Below are positions 36,345-47,210 of a DNA stretch of 64,000 nucleotides, one piece after another; position 1 is the stretch's first letter, and every line of letters starts with the position of its first letter. The notes beneath the pieces were generated by a model. That model worked only from the letters and a program-made list of their open reading frames with translations, made no database searches and was not told the origin of the DNA. Position numbers and translations under genes: made by a program. The DNA is from Candidatus Brocadiia bacterium JP1 (GTDB lineage Bacteria > Planctomycetota > Brocadiia > Brocadiales > Bathyanammoxibiaceae), in NCBI GenBank assembly GCA_051388875.1, contig JBMFFR010000006.1, positions 12,109-76,108 of the forward strand, written 5' to 3'.

Positions 36345-37631
36345 TTAACTCTTCTCACAACTTATAAGGTCCTTGTAAGTCTCCCTCCGACGTATAACTT
36401 TGAAAGCCTTATCCCTGACCATTACCTCACATGGTCTGGGACGGGAGTTGTAATTGGAACTCATAGAGAAGCCGTAAGCCCCAGCGTTAAAGATAGAAAG
36501 AAGGTCTCCCTCTTTAACCTCTGGGATGAATCTGTCCTTAGCAAATACATCGCTACTTTCGCAAACAGGGCCAACTATATCGGCCATTATCAAATCAGGC
36601 TGTGGTATAGTAAAATTTTCTTGTTTAATAACCTCTGGCATGGGGACCTTAGAGTTAACAGGCCATATCCTATGAAAGGCATCGTAAAGGGTAGGCCTGA
36701 TGAGGTCGTTCATCGCCGCATCACAAATGATAAACCTTTTACCAAAACTAGAATTTTTATTATAGAGCACCTTTGTAACTAAAATACCGGCACTTCCCAC
36801 AATGAATCTACCTGGTTCCATTAATAATTTCAGATTAAGGGCCTTTACGACAGGTAGTATTTCCCTGGCGTAATCAGCAGGGCTACATACCGATTCCCCT
36901 GTGTAAGATATGCAATAACCACCGCCGATATTGAGATATTCAATGGGCAGGGAGCACTTATGGCAGATTGACAGGAAGTCGCTTATTTTTTCTAAGGCCT
37001 GTACGTAGGGTTCTGGAGTCATGATTGGCGAACCCAGGTGCACATGAAGTCCACGTATTTGAACGGAGTTATACTTTTCGGCTTCCATTACAATCTTTTC
37101 GGCGATACCCAGGTCAATCCCAAATTTGTTCTCCTTTTTGCCTGTGGTGGTCTTTGCATGGGTCTTGGGGTCAACGTCGGGGTTAAGTCTAAGGGCTACT
37201 ATTGCGGTAGTTTTGCTATTTCCGGCTATCGCATTGATTGTCTCTAATTCAGCCTCCGATTCTACATTGAACATTAAAATTTTATTATCCAGTGCGTATT
37301 TTATCTCCTGTGGAGTCTTACCTATACCGGCAAATACTATATTTTGTGGGTCTGCACCTGCTTGGAGGGCACGGTAAAGCTCACCCCCTGAGACCACGTC
37401 AAAACCTGAGCCTTCCTGAGCCAGACTACGTAGAACAGATAGGTTTGAATTAGATTTGACCGAAAAACAGATAATGGGAGATGCCCCTGAGAAGGCATTC
37501 TTTAATTCTTTATAATTATTTAGGAACGCTTTCTCGCTGTAGATGTAAACAGGACTATCTACCGATGCCACTATGTCTTCAACCTTCACATTTTCACAGT
37601 AAAGACTGCCATTACGAAAGATGAAACTCAT
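36345..37631 (-). CDS. lysA: Diaminopimelate decarboxylase
   Basis: 428 aa of the alanine-racemase-fold decarboxylase type. Motifs are FSVKSN (PLP Lys), HVHLGS, GGGY and CESSD. Confidence 0.9.
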   Translation of the reverse strand: MSFIFRNGSLYCENVKVEDIVASVDSPVYIYSEKAFLNNYKELKNAFSGASPIICFSVKSNSNLSVLRSLAQEGSGFDVVSGGELYRALQAGADPQNIVFAGIGKTPQEIKYALDNKILMFNVESEAELETINAIAGNSKTTAIVALRLNPDVDPKTHAKTTTGKKENKFGIDLGIAEKIVMEAEKYNSVQIRGLHVHLGSPIMTPEPYVQALEKISDFLSICHKCSLPIEYLNIGGGYCISYTGESVCSPADYAREILPVVKALNLKLLMEPGRFIVGSAGILVTKVLYNKNSSFGKRFIICDAAMNDLIRPTLYDAFHRIWPVNSKVPMPEVIKQENFTIPQPDLIMADIVGPVCESSDVFAKDRFIPEVKEGDLLSIFNAGAYGFSMSSNYNSRPRPCEVMVRDKAFKVIRRRETYKDLISCEKS

Positions 37632-37644
37632 GATTCACCTGTTA

Positions 37645-39042
37645 TTAACTCTTTTTAGAGCCCTTTAATGTATTCTCCCACCACTCAATCTTTTCTTTTA
37701 CTGCTCCTGGAGCGGTAGAAAAGCTGCCTTTATAATGCTTAACGCAGTTTTCTACCCCAAGGACCTTATACACTTCAGCGTCTATGCATGGGGAGAATTT
37801 TTTCAATTCGTTCAAACTTAAGTCCTTAAGGGTTTTATTCCCCTGAAGCGCTTTTCTTACTATTTTCCCAACTACTTCATGTGCCTCTCTGAACGGAAGG
37901 CCTTTTATAACGAGATATTCGGCAAGTATGGTGGCGTCCAGGAAACCTTTCTCACAGGCCTGGGCGATATTCTCAAATTTAAAAGTGGTTCCGCATACTA
38001 TTTTTTTTAATAGAGTAAGGGATTTTTTGATTGTATCGGCTATGTCAAAGATTGCTACTTTATCCTCTTGCAGGTCTCGGTTGTAAGAGAGGGGCAATGC
38101 CTTCATGAGGGTAAACAGGAAGGTGAGATTGCCGTAAGTCCTTGCGCACTTGGCCCTAATGAGTTCTAGTACATCTGGATTGCGCTTCTGGGGCATAATA
38201 CTGGAGCCTGTACAGAGGGATTCCTCCAGTTCAATGAAGTCAAATTCTGGGCTAGCCCATAGTATCCACTCTTCAGCCATCCTGGAGAGGTGCATGGAAA
38301 GTATGGACATATTGGAGGCAAACTCTAGGCAAAAATCCCTATCACTAACAGCATCAATACTATTGGAGCAGATTTCTGGAAATCCAAGCAGCTGAGCCGT
38401 AACCTTTGCATCGGTGGGCAGTGTCGTTCCAGCAAGGGCACAGGCACCAAGTGGTGAGCGGTTCACCCTCTTTAAAGAATCTGCCAGCCTTTCCTTATCC
38501 CTTTCCAGCATCTCTACATAAGCGAGGAGGTAGTGGGCGAGTAGAACAGGTTGGGCATGTTGAAGGTGGGTAAACCCTGGGAGAATAATCTTAGCGTAGC
38601 TACTCCCTTTTCGCACAAGTTCCAACTGTAACGCTTCTATAAGTAAAGAAATCTGTTTTATGTTTCCACGAGTCCAGAGCCGAAGGTCAAGGGCAATCTG
38701 GTCATTGCGACTCCTGGCGGTATGTAGTTTCTTTCCGGTCTCGCCAACCTTCCTAGTAAGGGCTTCCTCAATGTTCATATGAATATCTTCTAATTCCTTA
38801 TTAAAAGAGAAATTACCTTGGTCTATCTCTTTTTCTATTTCTTCCAGCCCTTTAATGATAGCCTCTTTTTCCTTTTCTGTGATTAGTCCACAGGTAGCAA
38901 GCATTGTAACATGGGCGATACTGCCCTGGATATCGTATTTGTAAAGTTGCCAGTCAAAAGATATTGATTCTGTAAAATCTTCAACCGATGGCTCAGTAGG
39001 TTTCTCAAACCTTCCAGACCAGGGTTTTTTTGCTTTTTTCAT
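37645..39042 (-). CDS. argH: Argininosuccinate lyase
   Basis: PWSGRFEKPT..., the fumarate-lyase signature GSSIMPQKRNPD, and TARSRNDQ. The start is either the ATG at 39040-39042 or 11 codons upstream (39075). Confidence 0.93.
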   Translation of the reverse strand: MKKAKKPWSGRFEKPTEPSVEDFTESISFDWQLYKYDIQGSIAHVTMLATCGLITEKEKEAIIKGLEEIEKEIDQGNFSFNKELEDIHMNIEEALTRKVGETGKKLHTARSRNDQIALDLRLWTRGNIKQISLLIEALQLELVRKGSSYAKIILPGFTHLQHAQPVLLAHYLLAYVEMLERDKERLADSLKRVNRSPLGACALAGTTLPTDAKVTAQLLGFPEICSNSIDAVSDRDFCLEFASNMSILSMHLSRMAEEWILWASPEFDFIELEESLCTGSSIMPQKRNPDVLELIRAKCARTYGNLTFLFTLMKALPLSYNRDLQEDKVAIFDIADTIKKSLTLLKKIVCGTTFKFENIAQACEKGFLDATILAEYLVIKGLPFREAHEVVGKIVRKALQGNKTLKDLSLNELKKFSPCIDAEVYKVLGVENCVKHYKGSFSTAPGAVKEKIEWWENTLKGSKKS

Positions 39043-39184
39043 GGTTTTTCTCAAAAATTTAAGTAATTGTGCCAAATTATTGTAACAAATACGTGTATTT
39101 AGACAAGTTACTTAAAAATGAACTGGCTTTTTGTCAAGTAAAGAATCGTAGGCATGGATACTGGTTCCTGTCTACTTAAAAATG

Positions 39185-39213
39185 TTTACAAATCAAAGAG
39201 TAAAAGCTAAAAT
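39185..39213 (+). promoter_or_regulatory. Candidate promoter TTTACA-17-TAAAAT ending 8 nt before the permease GTG
   Basis: Hexamers are at 39185-39190 and 39208-39213. No SD sequence precedes the only plausible in-frame start (GTG at 39222). Confidence 0.3.
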
Positions 39214-39221
39214 CATGACCC

Positions 39222-40595
39222 GTGGAAGGGCACAAAAACAGAAAAATATCAGTCAAAAGACTCTTTCCCCTAAAAGAGAATAACACTACTGTACCAACCG
39301 AGGTTATCGCCGGGATTACCACATTCATGAGCATGTCTTATATTATTTTTGTTCAGCCTGCCGTATTAGCAAGCTGCGGGATGGATTTTGGCTCGGTATT
39401 AACTGCTACCTGCATTTCCAGTGCCTGTGGGACAATTATGATGGGCCTTTTAGCCCGTTATCCTATAGCTCAAGCACCGGCCATGGGACATAACTTCTAT
39501 TTCGCTTATACCATATGTGGCCCTATAGCTAATGGCGGTATGGGCTATCCCTGGCAGATAGCGCTTGCCGCTAACCTTATCGCTGGAAGTATATTTATTA
39601 TATTTTCCGCAGTAGGCCTAAGGTTCAGGGAACTAATTATGACTATCATCCCAGACTCCCTAAAAAATGCCATTGCGGCCGGTATAGGCCTGCTTATTGC
39701 CCTTATTGGGTTTCAGTACGGTGGTGTCGTAATAAGCAGTCCAGGGACCATGGTAACTCTTGGCAATCCTAAACTCCCTGAAGTATGGTTAACATTATTC
39801 GGCATTATACTTATTGGGGTCTTAGTAGTGCTAAGGATTAAAGGCGCTATACTCATTGGTATATTTGCTACCGCCTTGGTGGGTATTCCTTTTGGCATTA
39901 CCAAGTATTACGGCGTCGTAAGCTTACCTCCCTCCCCGGCACCAACACTACTTAAGCTTGACTTTATTAACTTGTTTAAACATAAAGACTTCTACACAGT
40001 TATAATTGTCCTGTTTTTTCTTGATTTGTTTGATAGTGTGGGCACACTGGTAGGCGTAGGCGAACAGGGTGGTTTTATGAAAGAAGGGAAACTTCCACGG
40101 GCCCATTGGGCCTTTCTTTCTGATGCAGTAGCTACCGTACTGGGTGCCTTACTGGGAACCTCCACGGTGTCTTCCTACATAGAAAGTATGGCAGGTATAC
40201 AGGCCGGAGGTCGGACTGGCTTGGCCAATATGGTAACTGCCTTTTTCCTACTTATTTCCATCTTCTTTTTTCCTATGATACAGTCCGTAGGCGGTGGCTA
40301 TCAGACCGTGGAAGGTAGACTCCTCTATCCAATTATTGCCCCTGCACTTATAATAGTGGGCAGTATGATGCTAGCCAATATCGCAAAGATAAGATGGGAA
40401 GACCCTACAGAGGTCATCCCGGCTTTCCTCACCATTAGTATCATTCCATTTAGCGTTAGCATCACCGAAGGGCTAGCCTTTGGTTTTATTTCTTATTCAA
40501 TACTTAAGGCGGTAAGTGGACAGGGTTTAAGAGTACACTGGCTATTTCACTTGATTTCTGCGGCATTTTTAGCAAGATACATCTTATTAAGATAA
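39222..40595 (+). CDS. NCS2/AzgA-family purine (adenine/guanine/hypoxanthine) permease
   Basis: 457 aa. ...RLFPLKENNTTVPTEVIAGITTFMSMSYIIFVQP is the family N-terminal signature. The remainder is polytopic. Confidence 0.85.
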   Translation: MEGHKNRKISVKRLFPLKENNTTVPTEVIAGITTFMSMSYIIFVQPAVLASCGMDFGSVLTATCISSACGTIMMGLLARYPIAQAPAMGHNFYFAYTICGPIANGGMGYPWQIALAANLIAGSIFIIFSAVGLRFRELIMTIIPDSLKNAIAAGIGLLIALIGFQYGGVVISSPGTMVTLGNPKLPEVWLTLFGIILIGVLVVLRIKGAILIGIFATALVGIPFGITKYYGVVSLPPSPAPTLLKLDFINLFKHKDFYTVIIVLFFLDLFDSVGTLVGVGEQGGFMKEGKLPRAHWAFLSDAVATVLGALLGTSTVSSYIESMAGIQAGGRTGLANMVTAFFLLISIFFFPMIQSVGGGYQTVEGRLLYPIIAPALIIVGSMMLANIAKIRWEDPTEVIPAFLTISIIPFSVSITEGLAFGFISYSILKAVSGQGLRVHWLFHLISAAFLARYILLR

Positions 40596-40604
40596 CCTCT
40601 TAGC

Positions 40605-41702
40605 ATGGGTACCTTAAGAACTCCACTGTACGAGATTCACAAAAGCCTTGGCGCGCGGTTTACAGAATTCCATGGCTATGAATTACCACTGGAGTATACA
40701 ACCATAGTGGAGGAGCACTTGGCAGCAAGAAAACAGGCTTCACTCTTTGATCTCTCTCATATGGGTGAGATAGAAATACGAGGGGGCAACGCCATCAAGC
40801 TTCTGCAAAGGCTTATCACTAATGATGTTGAGAGCCTTACTGATGGAAAAGTGCTTTATACCCCGATATGTAACCCTCAGGGAGGTATTATTGATGATAT
40901 AATTGTCTATCGTTTCAATAAGGAAAGGTTTCTCCTGGTAGTAAATGCCTCTAATATACAAAAGGTTTACAAATGGATGGAAAGTAACCCGCAGGGAGGA
41001 GCCGATGTGCTGAACCGAAGTGAGGAAATAGGCATGGTCGCCATCCAGGGGCCGATCTCTGAGCGTATAATGGAGACATTTGATAGAGCGGCAGCAAAAC
41101 TTCCACACCATAGCCTTATAGAAAAAGGCACTACAATCATCTCCAGGACTGGTTATACAGGCGAGGATGGATTTGAGGTCTATACCCCGAATAATAAATG
41201 CCAGGAGTTATGGGAGAGGCTGATGGATGCTGGCAAAGCCTTGGGGTTAAAACCAGCCGGGCTTGGGGCCAGGGATACCCTAAGGCTGGAGGCTGGGTTA
41301 CTCTTATATGGAAATGATATAAATGAAACTACCACCCCTCTGGAGGCTGGCATTGGTTGGACGGTGAAATTCTATAAGGAAGATTTTATAGGAAAAGAGT
41401 CCCTGCTGAATCAGAAGGTCACAGGGATAAAGAGAAAATTGGTAGGACTTGAACTTATAGAGAGGGGCATACCCAGGGCTGGGTATCCAATCCTTTTTGA
41501 CTCTAAGAAGGTAGGTCAGGTTACCAGTGGCACGTTTAGCCCTTACTTCCAAAAACCCCTTGCTATGGGTTATGTCCAAACAGACTGTCTCCCAGAAAAT
41601 TGGCCTGTTACCGAAGCAGGTGCTGGATTTTCAATAGAAATAAGGGGCACACAACTAAAGGCAAAAATTGTAAAACTCCCTTTTTACAAAAAAGGAGGAT
41701 AA
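40605..41702 (+). CDS. gcvT: Glycine cleavage system aminomethyltransferase (T protein)
   Basis: 365 aa with TPLYEIHKSLGARFTEFHGYELPLEY...SLFDLSHMGEIEIRG. Confidence 0.95.
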   Translation: MGTLRTPLYEIHKSLGARFTEFHGYELPLEYTTIVEEHLAARKQASLFDLSHMGEIEIRGGNAIKLLQRLITNDVESLTDGKVLYTPICNPQGGIIDDIIVYRFNKERFLLVVNASNIQKVYKWMESNPQGGADVLNRSEEIGMVAIQGPISERIMETFDRAAAKLPHHSLIEKGTTIISRTGYTGEDGFEVYTPNNKCQELWERLMDAGKALGLKPAGLGARDTLRLEAGLLLYGNDINETTTPLEAGIGWTVKFYKEDFIGKESLLNQKVTGIKRKLVGLELIERGIPRAGYPILFDSKKVGQVTSGTFSPYFQKPLAMGYVQTDCLPENWPVTEAGAGFSIEIRGTQLKAKIVKLPFYKKGG

Positions 41703-42089
41703 ATGGAATTCCCTCAAGAACTATATTATACCGATACTCATGAGTGGCTAAAAGTTAAAGATGGCGAGGCGATAGTGGGTATTACGTCCTACGCCCAGGA
41801 GCAATTAAGAGACATAGTATTTATAGAGCTCCCTAAGATAAATAAAAAGGTTGTAGCTAAAGCTCCTTGTGCCGCTATAGAATCTGTAAAGGCTGCCTTT
41901 GATATATATTCACCTATTTCAGGGACAGTCGTAGGTGTTAACAAGAAATTAGAGAACCACCCGGAACTGGTCAATAAGGACCCTTATGGGCAAGGCTGGA
42001 TGTTCGTCTTAAAAATTGAAGACCATAGCCAATTGAAAACTCTTTTAAACGCTCAGGCCTACGCCTCCATCATCAAAGGAGGGCACTAA
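41703..42089 (+). CDS. gcvH: Glycine cleavage system H protein
   Basis: 128 aa with YTDTHEWLK and the lipoyl-lysine motif ESVKAAFDIYSPISG. Confidence 0.95.
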   Translation: MEFPQELYYTDTHEWLKVKDGEAIVGITSYAQEQLRDIVFIELPKINKKVVAKAPCAAIESVKAAFDIYSPISGTVVGVNKKLENHPELVNKDPYGQGWMFVLKIEDHSQLKTLLNAQAYASIIKGGH

Positions 42090-42091
42090 AC

Positions 42092-43468
42092 GTGGCATAC
42101 ATTCCGCATACAAACCAGGAAAAAGAACAGATGCTAAGGGAGATTGGCGTTAAGGCTTCAGAGGCCCTTTTTGGGACAATACCTGAATCGCTAAGAAAGG
42201 TGTCCTTACGCCTACCTAAACCCTTATCAGAGATAGAGTTAGTAAACTTTTTTAAGGAAGTAAGCCGGAAAAATGCTAATATCAATCAATTCAATTCTTT
42301 TTTGGGTGCAGGTGTTTATGACCACTTTATCCCCACCTTAGTGGATTCCATGGCCTCTCGAGGAGAATTTCTGACTTCTTACACCCCCTACCAACCAGAG
42401 GCAAGTCAAGGTACTCTCTATGCACTGTACGAATTTCAGACACTTATCTGTGAACTTACCGGACTAGATGTGGCTAATGCCTCCATGTACGACGGGGCAT
42501 CAGCTCTAGCAGAGGCAGCATTACTAGCAATCAGACACACAGAGAGGAAAAAAATAGTCGTTTCAAGGGCAGTACATCCAGAATATAGAGACACATTGGC
42601 TACCTATTTAAAACCTCTAGAAGCACTTCTTGTACAAATAATGCTTTCTGATGGGACAACCAGCACATCTATACTGAGCGACAATATTGACGAAGAAACT
42701 GCCGCCGTTATAGTACAGCAACCCAACTTCTTCGGATGCCTTGAAGAAGTGAATGCTATCTCCACTATAGCCCATGAAAAAGGGGCTTTATTAATAGCCT
42801 GCGTTAATCCTATATCGCTTGGCATACTAAGTTCGCCTGGGGACTACGGTGCTGACATTGCCGTAGGGGATGCTCAACCCCTCGGAAACTATCCCACTTA
42901 TGGGGGTCCACATGTAGGCTTCTTTGCTGTGAAGAAGGAACTTATGCGTAAAATACCAGGCAGATTAGTTGGCACTACAAACGACTTAGAAGGCCGAAGG
43001 GCCTTTGTCCTTACCCTTCAGGCCCGTGAACAGCATATACGAAGACAACGTGCCATCTCCAATATCTGTACCAACCAGAACCTGCTTGCCCTACGAGCCA
43101 CTATATACCTCTCTTCTCTTGGTAAGCAAGGATTCAGGGAACTAGCAGAGCTAAATTTGCAAAAGAGCCACTATGCAAAAGATAAGATATGTGCCATCAA
43201 GGGCTTCTCCAACCCATTTAATAAACCCTTTTTTAACGAGTTTGTTATCGGGCTACCCAAAGGTGTTAGCCCCGAAGGACTTAATAAAAAACTTTACAAG
43301 AGAGGCCTAATTGGGGGGCTACCGCTTAAAGGATTTTATCCGGAGTTAAAGAATTGTCTGCTCCTTTGCGTTACTGAAAATAAAACCCGTACCCAGATAG
43401 ATGATTTGGTTTCTGCCCTAAAAGAGATTTCAAGAGGGAAAACTACCACGAAGACGGAGAAGGTTTAA
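42092..43468 (+). CDS. gcvPA: Glycine dehydrogenase (decarboxylating) subunit 1
   Basis: 458 aa with YIPHT...[11 protein letters not shown]...[15 protein letters not shown]. Confidence 0.93.
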   Translation: MAYIPHTNQEKEQMLREIGVKASEALFGTIPESLRKVSLRLPKPLSEIELVNFFKEVSRKNANINQFNSFLGAGVYDHFIPTLVDSMASRGEFLTSYTPYQPEASQGTLYALYEFQTLICELTGLDVANASMYDGASALAEAALLAIRHTERKKIVVSRAVHPEYRDTLATYLKPLEALLVQIMLSDGTTSTSILSDNIDEETAAVIVQQPNFFGCLEEVNAISTIAHEKGALLIACVNPISLGILSSPGDYGADIAVGDAQPLGNYPTYGGPHVGFFAVKKELMRKIPGRLVGTTNDLEGRRAFVLTLQAREQHIRRQRAISNICTNQNLLALRATIYLSSLGKQGFRELAELNLQKSHYAKDKICAIKGFSNPFNKPFFNEFVIGLPKGVSPEGLNKKLYKRGLIGGLPLKGFYPELKNCLLLCVTENKTRTQIDDLVSALKEISRGKTTTKTEKV

Positions 43469-43469
43469 A

Positions 43470-44978
43470 ATGACAACCCTTGTAAGTCAAACCGTGAGCC
43501 AACAGGAAAAGCTTATCTTTGAAGTATCCTCTACTGGCCGACGCGGTGTTATTTTGCCGTCATGCGATGTCCCAAGGAAACCCCTTGAGAAGATGATTCC
43601 ATCTCAACTTCAGAGGAAAATACCTGCCAAGCTACCTGAGGTATCGGAACTGGACATCGTCCGCCATTTCACCAGACTCTCTCAACTGAACTACTCCGTG
43701 GATACCAACTTCTACCCATTAGGCTCTTGCACCATGAAGTATAACCCTAAGGTGCATGAGGAGATAGCAAAGCTAGAAGGTTTTTCAAGACTTCATCCGT
43801 ATCAACCCCATGAACAAACGCAGGGTATTCTAGAAGTCCTGTACCACTTCTCGGAACTCTTGAAGGAGATATGTGGCCTTTCCGCATTCTCACTGCTGCC
43901 AGCAGCAGGGGCCCACGGGGAACTTCTTGGCATGATGGTGGTCAGGGCGTACCACTTGAAAAGGGGTGAAGCGGAGAGGAAAAAGATTATAATCCCCGAT
44001 TCGGCACACGGGACCAATCCCGCCTCGGCAGCCCTTTGCGGATTTGACGTGGTAGAGATAAAGTCTAACGATAAAGGGCTGGTAGACATTGCATCCCTCC
44101 GCAAGGCTATGTCCAAGGAGGTTGCAGCGCTAATGATCACCAATCCTAACACCCTGGGACTATTTGAAAAGGATATCGTTGAAATCTGCAATATCCTTCA
44201 CGAGGCAGGGGGACTAGTTTACTGCGATGGTGCCAACATGAACGCCATACTGGGGAAAGTCAGACCTGGAGACATGGGAATAGACCTTCTACATTTGAAT
44301 CTTCATAAGACCTTTACTGCCCCTCATGGAGGTGGCGGCCCGGGCTCAGGCCCACTTGGTGTATCAAAGTCTCTAGCTCCTTTCCTGCCAGCCCCTAGGC
44401 TAAAGAAAAAGGGCAAAACTTATGAATGGGATTATAATTATCCCAACGCGGTAGGTAGAATTAAGGCATTCTATGGACATATTGGAGTAATAATAAAGGC
44501 GTATGCATATGTCCTTTCTATGGGTAAGGAAGGGCTTCTTAATGTGAGTGAAACAGCCGTACTAAATGCAAACTTCTTAAAACAAAAACTCTCCAAGCAT
44601 TATGACTTACCGTATTCAGAGGTATGTATGCATGAGTTTGTTCTCTCGGGAAGACGGCAAAAAAAGCAGGGGGTTACTACCCTTGATATAGCCAAGCGGC
44701 TCTTGGATTACGGCTTTTATGCCCCCACCATTTACTTCCCTCTTATTGTTGAAGAGGCCCTTATGATAGAGCCTACTGAAACTGAAAACAAGCAAACATT
44801 GGAAGCCTTTGCTGATGCCTTGATAAAAATTGCTCAAGAGGCTGAAACAAACCCTGACTTTGTAAAGGGCGCCCCCTATTATACACCTGTAAGGAGGCTG
44901 GACGAGGTAAAGGCCGCAAGAGAACCCAATCTACGCTGGAAATTCCCGGAAAATGCATCCAGATGCGTGCCTAACTAA
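43470..44978 (+). CDS. gcvPB: Glycine dehydrogenase (decarboxylating) subunit 2
   Basis: 502 aa with LIFE.S..GR.G..LP...[12 protein letters not shown] and HLNLHKTF (PLP Lys). Confidence 0.93.
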   Translation: MTTLVSQTVSQQEKLIFEVSSTGRRGVILPSCDVPRKPLEKMIPSQLQRKIPAKLPEVSELDIVRHFTRLSQLNYSVDTNFYPLGSCTMKYNPKVHEEIAKLEGFSRLHPYQPHEQTQGILEVLYHFSELLKEICGLSAFSLLPAAGAHGELLGMMVVRAYHLKRGEAERKKIIIPDSAHGTNPASAALCGFDVVEIKSNDKGLVDIASLRKAMSKEVAALMITNPNTLGLFEKDIVEICNILHEAGGLVYCDGANMNAILGKVRPGDMGIDLLHLNLHKTFTAPHGGGGPGSGPLGVSKSLAPFLPAPRLKKKGKTYEWDYNYPNAVGRIKAFYGHIGVIIKAYAYVLSMGKEGLLNVSETAVLNANFLKQKLSKHYDLPYSEVCMHEFVLSGRRQKKQGVTTLDIAKRLLDYGFYAPTIYFPLIVEEALMIEPTETENKQTLEAFADALIKIAQEAETNPDFVKGAPYYTPVRRLDEVKAAREPNLRWKFPENASRCVPN

Positions 44979-45732
44979 GGGAATCACTATCCTTAATGGC
45001 GGAAACCAGGCCAATCTGCCTTACATATGGCCTGCTTCTGACACATGGAGACTCATACTTTCCCCTCCAGCCGATGCCTTCACCAACATGGCACTTGATG
45101 AGGCAATGGCTAGGGCGTTAAATCCTATCCCCACCTTAAGGGTCTATTACTGGGACTCGCCAGCCATTTCCATTGGCTACTTTCAAAAAGCAGTGGAGGT
45201 ATTAAATACATTTAATACTTCAAACACCTTTGATATGGTACAACCTGCCCCTATACTGGTTCGTCGTCCTACTGGGGGAACAGCCGTACTCCACAAAACC
45301 TATCCTAGCTTCTCGGTAGCGCTGCGAACACATTTGAAGATAGGACAAATCTATTATCTCTTGGCACAGTCAATAGTTACAGCCCTCAGGGATATTGGAC
45401 TTGATGCCATTATGTGGAAAGAAACGGAAATCACACGTACCCTATTTTGTACATCCAATTTCTCCCCGTGCGATATATTACTCAATGGGCAAAAGGTAGC
45501 CGGTTATTCGGCCAGGCGTTTTCGCGAGATTAGCCTCTTCCAGGGATATTTACACCTTCCCAGGTCTATTACTCTATCTCAGCAGACGTTAATTGAGACA
45601 CTAACAACTGGTATAAGAAAAACCTTCCCTGTAAAGTTAAAAGAAGGCGGTCTTTACGAAGCAGAGGTTTTGCTTGCACAGGAACTAAAACAAAAAAAAT
45701 ACGTTCAAAGGGCCTGGAATTATAAAAGATAA
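44953..45732 (+). CDS. Lipoate/octanoate-protein ligase family protein (BPL/LPL catalytic domain)
   Basis: 259 aa with [21 protein letters not shown]...[18 protein letters not shown]...[11 protein letters not shown]. The only canonical start overlaps gcvPB by 26 nt. Confidence 0.75.
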   Translation: MHPDACLTKGITILNGGNQANLPYIWPASDTWRLILSPPADAFTNMALDEAMARALNPIPTLRVYYWDSPAISIGYFQKAVEVLNTFNTSNTFDMVQPAPILVRRPTGGTAVLHKTYPSFSVALRTHLKIGQIYYLLAQSIVTALRDIGLDAIMWKETEITRTLFCTSNFSPCDILLNGQKVAGYSARRFREISLFQGYLHLPRSITLSQQTLIETLTTGIRKTFPVKLKEGGLYEAEVLLAQELKQKKYVQRAWNYKR

Positions 45733-45740
45733 ATTAATAA

Positions 45741-47033
45741 TTATGAAACTACTGAGGGTGAAGCAAACAAAGATTGCATAACCTTTTGATGCAGATTAAT
45801 TAATTGGTAGGTATTCCTTTCCACCTCCTCACTTGACATAGTCAATCTGGCAACACCGCTTTTTATAGCAGCTTGGGCCACAGCAGCTGCAACCTTAGGG
45901 CCAACCTCCGGCTCGGTGGCCCTTGGTGTTATGTATTCTTCATCTAAGCCTTTTGCTTCAGCCAACTTAGCCAGGGTATAAGCAGCCGCCATTACCATAG
46001 ATTCGTTTATCTTTCTGGCCCTAATATCTAAAGCCCCCCTGAATACTCCAGGGAAGCCAAGGACGTTGTTAATCTGATTGGGGTAGTCGCTCCTTCCAGT
46101 GGCAACAATCCTGGCCCCGCCAGCTTTAGCTTCTTCAGGTAGAATCTCTGGTACGGGGTTAGCAAGGCTAAAGACTACGGCATCTCTTGCCATCCGCTTT
46201 ATTGCCTCTTTGGTTATCCACGGACCGGGTCGCGTTGCCGAAATGAAAACATCCGCCCCATCAAGGGCCTCGTATAACCCCCCCCTTTTCCTTTTTGGGT
46301 TAGTCTGTCTCGCTACTTCTTCAGTCCAGCGGTCCATACCCTCTTTGCGCCCCTCGTAGACTATACCCCCAGTATTAAAGGCCAATATGTTCTCTCCTCT
46401 TACCCCACCCATCATGAGAAAACGTAGTATGGCCATACCACCAGCACCTGTACCCCCAACAGCGACCCTCACTTCCTCAAGTTTTTTGCTTACAACCTTT
46501 ACGGCATTGACTAGCCCAGCCAGTACCACAAGGCCGGTACCATGATGGTCATCATGCCAGTAGGGAATATCTAAGGATTGCGTCAGCCTATCCGTTATCT
46601 GGAAACACTTGGGCTTTTCCACATCTTCAAGATTGATTCCACCAAAGGAAGGCTCTAATGTTTCTATTATTTCTGCTATTTTCTCAGGGTCTTTTGTCTT
46701 TAGACATAAAGCAACAGAATCCACACCTCCAAATAGTTTAAAAAGGAGAGCTTTACCTTCCATTACTGGCATAGCAGCCTCAGGGCCAATATCCCCTAAC
46801 CCTAACACCCTGCTGCCATCACTCACCACCGCTACTAGATTGCCACGGTTAGTATACTCAAAGACAGATTCTTTGTCCTCACGTATAAGATTTGAGACAG
46901 CTGCTACCCCAGGGGTGTAGTATATTGCGAGATCCTCATACTCTCTGAAAGGGACTTTACTTATCATTTGTACCTTGCCTTTGTAAAGACTGTGCAGTTC
47001 TAACGCCTTTTTATAGAGTTCCTCCGTGGTCAT
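45741..47033 (-). CDS. NAD(P)-dependent malic enzyme (short prokaryotic form)
   Basis: 430 aa with ...LHSLYKGKVQMISKVP...LAIYYTPGVAAV...FGGINLEDV...GTGAGG. Confidence 0.9.
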   Translation of the reverse strand: MTTEELYKKALELHSLYKGKVQMISKVPFREYEDLAIYYTPGVAAVSNLIREDKESVFEYTNRGNLVAVVSDGSRVLGLGDIGPEAAMPVMEGKALLFKLFGGVDSVALCLKTKDPEKIAEIIETLEPSFGGINLEDVEKPKCFQITDRLTQSLDIPYWHDDHHGTGLVVLAGLVNAVKVVSKKLEEVRVAVGGTGAGGMAILRFLMMGGVRGENILAFNTGGIVYEGRKEGMDRWTEEVARQTNPKRKRGGLYEALDGADVFISATRPGPWITKEAIKRMARDAVVFSLANPVPEILPEEAKAGGARIVATGRSDYPNQINNVLGFPGVFRGALDIRARKINESMVMAAAYTLAKLAEAKGLDEEYITPRATEPEVGPKVAAAVAQAAIKSGVARLTMSSEEVERNTYQLINLHQKVMQSLFASPSVVS

Positions 47034-47210
47034 ATCCCTTTTCCTCTTACTGTCCTAAGAATCCCCTTGAGATTGCATAAATTAAGCTCCGCAGAGCTTT
47101 CAGTGTCCCTTTCCCCAAAACAAGAGTTTTTGATTTATCATTATGAGGGACATATAATACAAAAAAACCCTGCTTTTTGTAATAATATTTTCTTTTCAAG
47201 GTGGAAAATT

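Noticed and set aside
36237-36782. 181-aa + strand ORF
   Set aside because: It is antisense to the 3' part of lysA. It has no motif support.
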